Shown here: piece after piece, positions 59,774-64,000 of the stretch
How the letters are laid out: each line of letters begins with the position of its first letter
How positions within the stretch are numbered: position 1 is the stretch's first letter
Source: Candidatus Multivoradales bacterium
GTDB lineage: Bacteria; Acidobacteriota; Thermoanaerobaculia; Multivoradales; Multivoraceae
Assembly: GCA_965223325.1 (NCBI GenBank)
Contig: CBDCWI010000002.1
Span: 3,680,001 to 3,744,000 of the forward strand
Reading direction: 5' to 3'
Length of the DNA stretch: 64,000 bases
The notes under the pieces: generated by a model
Databases searched by the model: none
Told to the model about the DNA's origin: nothing
What the model saw: the letters and a program-made list of their open reading frames with translations, nothing else
Made by a program: the position numbers and the translations under genes

Positions 59774-62700
59774 ATGAAAGAAGTAGAACGACTCCCCATC
59801 CTCCAGCCCAACCCAACGGGGGAAACGACGCTCGAAGAAGTCCTCGAGCGGGAAGGTGTCCTGGGCATAGGCCGGCGCGGTTTTCTGCAATCGGCCGGCT
59901 TTGGCCTGGCCGCCACGGCACTCGCGGGCTGTTCACGTGCTCCGATCGAGAAGGCGATTCCCTACGCCACTCAGCCCGAAGGTCTGGTGCCGGGGCGCGC
60001 GGACTGGTACGCCTCGACGTGTGCTGGCTGCTCGGCCGGGTGTGGCGTTCTGGTCAAGACGCGCGAAGGTCGACCGATCAAGCTCGAAGGCAATCCTGAC
60101 CATCCGGTTTCGAAGGGTGGTCTGTGTGCGGTGGGCCAGGCCAGCCTGGTCGGGCTCTACGACTCGCTGCGCTTTCGGAGCCCGATGGTCGACGGATCAT
60201 CCTCGACCTGGCAAGAAGTCGACACCCGGGTCACGGCGGCGCTCGCCAATACGTCGGGAGGTCGAGTGCGGCTCTTGACCGGAACCCTGAACGGTCCCAC
60301 CGATCGCGCCTGGATCGAGCGCTTCGTCGCACGTTTTGCCAACGCCCGCCACGTAACCTACGACGCGCTCTCGTCGTCGGCGATTCAGAGCGCCCACCTG
60401 AAGAGTCACGGTGTGCGTGCGCTGCCGCGCTACTTCTTCGATCGCGCCGAGACGATCGTCAGCTTCGGTGCCGACTTCTTGGGCAGCTGGGTTTCGCCGG
60501 TTGGTGATACCGCTCGCTACGTCAAGGGGCGCAGTCTCGCGACCAGCCCACCGCGAATGAGCCATCACACCCAGTTCGAAGGCAGGCTTTCGCTCACCGG
60601 GGCGAACGCCGACGAGCGGGTCAAGGTCTCGCCGAGTCAGGCCAGTGCTGCGTTGGCGTGGCTGGCGGCGGATCTGGGTGCCCGGGCCGGTGCGTCGGGA
60701 CACACCAGGGCTCCGCTTCCGGCAGCGCTCGAAGCCGAGGTCAAAGACGTTGCCGATCGGCTCTGGCAGTCGCGAGGTCGAGGTCTGGTGGTGTCGGATT
60801 CACAGGGCGAAACCGACCAGCTCCTGTGCAACCAGATCAACCATGCCCTCGACAACTACGGCCACACGCTCGACCTCGATCGGCCCTCGTATCAACGACT
60901 GGGCAACGACGCAGCGCTCGAGGAGTTGCTCGCTGAGCTCGAGCGGGGCGACGTCGAGGTTTTGATTACCGCGGGCGTCAACCCGGTCTACGACCTGCCA
61001 GACGCCTCGGGCCTTGCTGCTGCTCTCGATCGGGTCCCGCTGGTGGTGGCCATCGCGCAGCGTGACGACGAGACCACGGCGCACGCCGGGGTTGTATGCC
61101 CGGAGGCCCATGAGCTCGAGAGTTGGCGTGACGCCGAGCCGGTGGCCGGGGTCGTTTCGCTTACTCAGCCGGCGATTCGCAACGTGTTCGACTCGCGCAC
61201 CTTGAGCGAATGTCTCGCCGCCTGGACCGGGACACCGGGCACCGCCCTCGACCTCATGCGGAAGACCTGGGAAGAGCGGGTGTTCCCGCGCGCCAGGGCC
61301 CAAGGGAACTTCAGCGCCTTCTGGGACTTAGCGGTTCACGACGGTTACGTCGAGCTGCCGGCAGTGGCTACGGGTGCGGCCTGGGCTGCCCCAGCGATCA
61401 ATCCGGCTGCGTCCGGAGGGTCATCATCTGGGGAGACAGTATCCGGGGAGACAGCGGGTTTGGCGCTCGTTCTCTATCCCAAGGTCGGTCTGCTCGATGG
61501 GCGGCACGCTCACAACCCCTGGCTGCAGGAACTTCCCGATCCGATCACCAAGGCCAGCTGGGACAACTACGCGTGCATCGCTCCGGAGACCGCACGTGAG
61601 CTCGGGATCGAAACCGGCGACATGGTGCGGGTCGAGATCGATGCCGACGCGATCGAGCTGCCGGCCTTCGTCCAGGAGGCTCAGCATCCTGAGGTGGTCG
61701 CGGTGGCGGTCGGCTACGGCCGCACGGGAACCGATCGTTTCGAGAAGGTCGGGCCGCAATGGCTCGAGGCGCGCCCTAGCGTTTCAGCCGGCGACACCGT
61801 CGGCGTGCGCGCTAACGGCCTGGCGCACTGGCAGGATTCCCAGCGTTCGATGACGCAGAGTGGTGCGAAGCTCACCAAGCTAGCCGGCTCCGTGCGATTG
61901 GCGCTTTCGCAGACCACGGCGTCGCTTACTCCCGACGGCTTCCGTGAGCCACTCGACAAGTCGCCGCGCCCGATCGTTCAGGACACCGTACTCGGCGCAT
62001 ACATCAAAGATCCTCATGCCGGTACACCGGCCGTCCATCATTTCGACTCCGACCTGTGGCCCGAGCACGAGCCGGGTCGGCACCATTGGGGCCTGGCCGT
62101 CGACCTCAATGCCTGCACAGGTTGCAGTGCCTGCGTCGTCGCCTGCCAGTCCGAGAACAACGTGCCGGTCGTCGGCCGCGATGAAGTGCGACGGCGTCGT
62201 GACATGCAGTGGATGCGCCTCGATCGCTACTACAACGAAGAAGGCGATGCGACGTTTCAACCGATGATGTGTCAGCAGTGCGACAACGCGCCGTGCGAGA
62301 CGGTGTGCCCGGTGGTGGCCACGGTGCACAGCGACGAAGGCCTCAACCAGCAGGTCTACAACCGTTGTGTCGGCACGCGCTACTGTGCCAACAACTGCCC
62401 CTACAAGGTGCGGCGCTTCAACTGGTTCAACTACCGCCACGACGACCTGCTCGCCAACCTCGCCCTCAACCCGGAGGTCGTCGTGCGCACCCGCGGGGTG
62501 ATGGAAAAGTGCACCTTCTGCGTCCAGCGCATCGAAGACCGGCGGGCGAACGCCAAGGCAGAGGGCCATGAGCTCGAAGACGGCGAGATCAAGACCGCCT
62601 GCCAGCAATCGTGCCCGGCGGGTGCGATCGTATTCGGCGACATGGCAGACCCCAACAGTCAGGTGTCGCAGATGGCCCAAAGCGGGCGGCACTTCCGCAT

Positions 62701-62845
62701 TCTGGAAGAGATGAACATCAAGCCTTCGGTGGCCTATTTGAGGAAGGTGCGCAACCGGCCGGCTGGTGGCAGTCACCGTGATGACAGTGCCGGTGACCAT
62801 GCAACCGACCATGCGCCTACAGAGGAGGAAGCCGCTCATGGCTGA
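59774..62845 (+). CDS. actB: Alternative complex III ActB (molybdopterin-fold plus Fe-S domain)
   Basis: Tat motif GRRGFL, REGRPIKLEGNPDHP, NPWLQELPDPITK..WDNY, CTGCSAC, CQQCDNAPC, YNRCVGTRYC, RGVMEKCTFC. Confidence 0.9.
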   Translation: MKEVERLPILQPNPTGETTLEEVLEREGVLGIGRRGFLQSAGFGLAATALAGCSRAPIEKAIPYATQPEGLVPGRADWYASTCAGCSAGCGVLVKTREGRPIKLEGNPDHPVSKGGLCAVGQASLVGLYDSLRFRSPMVDGSSSTWQEVDTRVTAALANTSGGRVRLLTGTLNGPTDRAWIERFVARFANARHVTYDALSSSAIQSAHLKSHGVRALPRYFFDRAETIVSFGADFLGSWVSPVGDTARYVKGRSLATSPPRMSHHTQFEGRLSLTGANADERVKVSPSQASAALAWLAADLGARAGASGHTRAPLPAALEAEVKDVADRLWQSRGRGLVVSDSQGETDQLLCNQINHALDNYGHTLDLDRPSYQRLGNDAALEELLAELERGDVEVLITAGVNPVYDLPDASGLAAALDRVPLVVAIAQRDDETTAHAGVVCPEAHELESWRDAEPVAGVVSLTQPAIRNVFDSRTLSECLAAWTGTPGTALDLMRKTWEERVFPRARAQGNFSAFWDLAVHDGYVELPAVATGAAWAAPAINPAASGGSSSGETVSGETAGLALVLYPKVGLLDGRHAHNPWLQELPDPITKASWDNYACIAPETARELGIETGDMVRVEIDADAIELPAFVQEAQHPEVVAVAVGYGRTGTDRFEKVGPQWLEARPSVSAGDTVGVRANGLAHWQDSQRSMTQSGAKLTKLAGSVRLALSQTTASLTPDGFREPLDKSPRPIVQDTVLGAYIKDPHAGTPAVHHFDSDLWPEHEPGRHHWGLAVDLNACTGCSACVVACQSENNVPVVGRDEVRRRRDMQWMRLDRYYNEEGDATFQPMMCQQCDNAPCETVCPVVATVHSDEGLNQQVYNRCVGTRYCANNCPYKVRRFNWFNYRHDDLLANLALNPEVVVRTRGVMEKCTFCVQRIEDRRANAKAEGHELEDGEIKTACQQSCPAGAIVFGDMADPNSQVSQMAQSGRHFRILEEMNIKPSVAYLRKVRNRPAGGSHRDDSAGDHATDHAPTEEEAAHG

Positions 62846-64000
62846 GCCGTTCGTTCTGCGCCGTCCCTTGGTGACGGGCAACAAAGGGCCGGCCGAGGTT
62901 ACGGCCGACATCACCGACCCGCTCGAGCGTCAGCCGGGCGCGCTCTGGTGGGGCGCCTTTTTGACCGCGGTCGCCGCCTTACTGCTCGGCATCGCCGCGG
63001 TGACCTACCAGATCGGCACCGGGATCGGGGTCTGGGGCCTCAACAAGACGGTTGGTTGGGCTTTCGACATCACCAACTTCGTTTTCTGGGTCGGCATCGG
63101 TCATGCCGGAACCCTGATCTCGGCGGTGCTCTTTCTGTTGCGCCAGCGTTGGCGCACGGCGGTCAACCGGTCGGCCGAGGCGATGACTATCTTTGCGGTC
63201 ATCTGCGCGGGCATCTTCCCGATCATCCACATGGGGAGGCCGTGGTTGGCCTTCTGGATGCTGCCGTATCCCAACACGCGCGGGCCGTTGTGGGTGAACT
63301 TCCGGTCTCCGCTGCTCTGGGACGTGTTTGCGATCAGTGTCTATCTAACGATCTCGGCGGTGTTCTGGTACGTGGGCTTGATCCCGGATCTGGCGACGCT
63401 GCGCGATCGCTGGAAGGGTCGCAACACTCTGAGGCAGAAGCTCTACGGCATCTTCAGCCTCGGCTGGCGCGGTTCGGTGCGCGACTGGCAGCGTTACGAG
63501 AAGGTCTATCTCTTGCTCGCCGGGCTCGCGACGCCCCTCGTGCTCTCGGTGCACTCGATCGTTAGTTTCGACTTCGCCACCAGCGTGATTCCCGGCTGGC
63601 ATACGACGATCTTCCCGCCCTACTTTGTTGCCGGCGCGATCTTCTCGGGAATGGCTATGGTGCTGACCCTGATGATCATCGCGCGAGTGACAATGCGCCT
63701 CCAGGACTACGTCACCGTCGATCACATTGAAGTGATGTGCAAGCTGGTGCTGCTCACCTCTTGCATCGTCGGCCTAGCCTACGGTACCGAGTTCTTCATC
63801 GCCATGTACTCGGAGAACCGTTTCGAGCGTTTCGTATTTCTCAATCGCGCCAGCGGTCCGATGGCTTGGAGCTACTGGATCATGGTGAGCTGCAACGTTA
63901 TCGTGCCGCAGCTCCTATGGTTCAGAAGAGTACGGCGCTGGATCGCGGCGGTCTTCGTGATTTCGCTCCTGGTCAACGTGGGGATGTGGTTCGAGCGTTT
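62838..64000 (+). CDS. actC: Alternative complex III ActC (NrfD/PsrC family), 3' end outside window
   Basis: Translated by hand from ATG 62838: GIGVWGLN..GWAFDITNFVFWVGIGHAGTLISA..NRSAEAMT..NFRSPLLWD..LSVHSIVS..GWHTTIFPPYF. Confidence 0.92.
   Translation, partial: MAEPFVLRRPLVTGNKGPAEVTADITDPLERQPGALWWGAFLTAVAALLLGIAAVTYQIGTGIGVWGLNKTVGWAFDITNFVFWVGIGHAGTLISAVLFLLRQRWRTAVNRSAEAMTIFAVICAGIFPIIHMGRPWLAFWMLPYPNTRGPLWVNFRSPLLWDVFAISVYLTISAVFWYVGLIPDLATLRDRWKGRNTLRQKLYGIFSLGWRGSVRDWQRYEKVYLLLAGLATPLVLSVHSIVSFDFATSVIPGWHTTIFPPYFVAGAIFSGMAMVLTLMIIARVTMRLQDYVTVDHIEVMCKLVLLTSCIVGLAYGTEFFIAMYSENRFERFVFLNRASGPMAWSYWIMVSCNVIVPQLLWFRRVRRWIAAVFVISLLVNVGMWFER

Overview
High-GC bacterial chromosome segment. 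Gene style suggests Acidobacteriota, probably Thermoanaerobaculia-like (inference). Five parts: (1) 1-11.4 kb is housekeeping: hrpB 3' end, an orphan NHLP-leader RiPP precursor with a sigma54-type promoter, a TPR protein, mfd, two SurA/PpiC foldases, an ornithine cyclodeaminase-family gene and dodecin. (2) About 11.5-26.3 kb is an accessory conflict island: a 166-bp MITE, a type IV TA locus with intact antitoxin and broken toxin, an internally deleted HUH (RAYT-like) transposase flanked by its own inverted REP-like repeats, an IS3 element inside a nucleotidyltransferase pseudogene, a LysM-EndoU polymorphic toxin with an unusual Asp/Phe-rich N-terminus plus immunity gene, an orphan toxin-tip/immunity cassette, an AlbA_2-domain protein and an FHA-GGDEF gene. 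(3) The dcw cluster, mraZ to ftsZ. (4) A Ser/Thr kinase and a fused E1 dehydrogenase. (5) An apparent single operon narK-narC-narGHJI-actABC joining respiratory nitrate reductase to an alternative complex III, running off the window end. No rRNA, tRNA or CRISPR array was seen. All family assignments come from motif recognition by eye; no searches were run.
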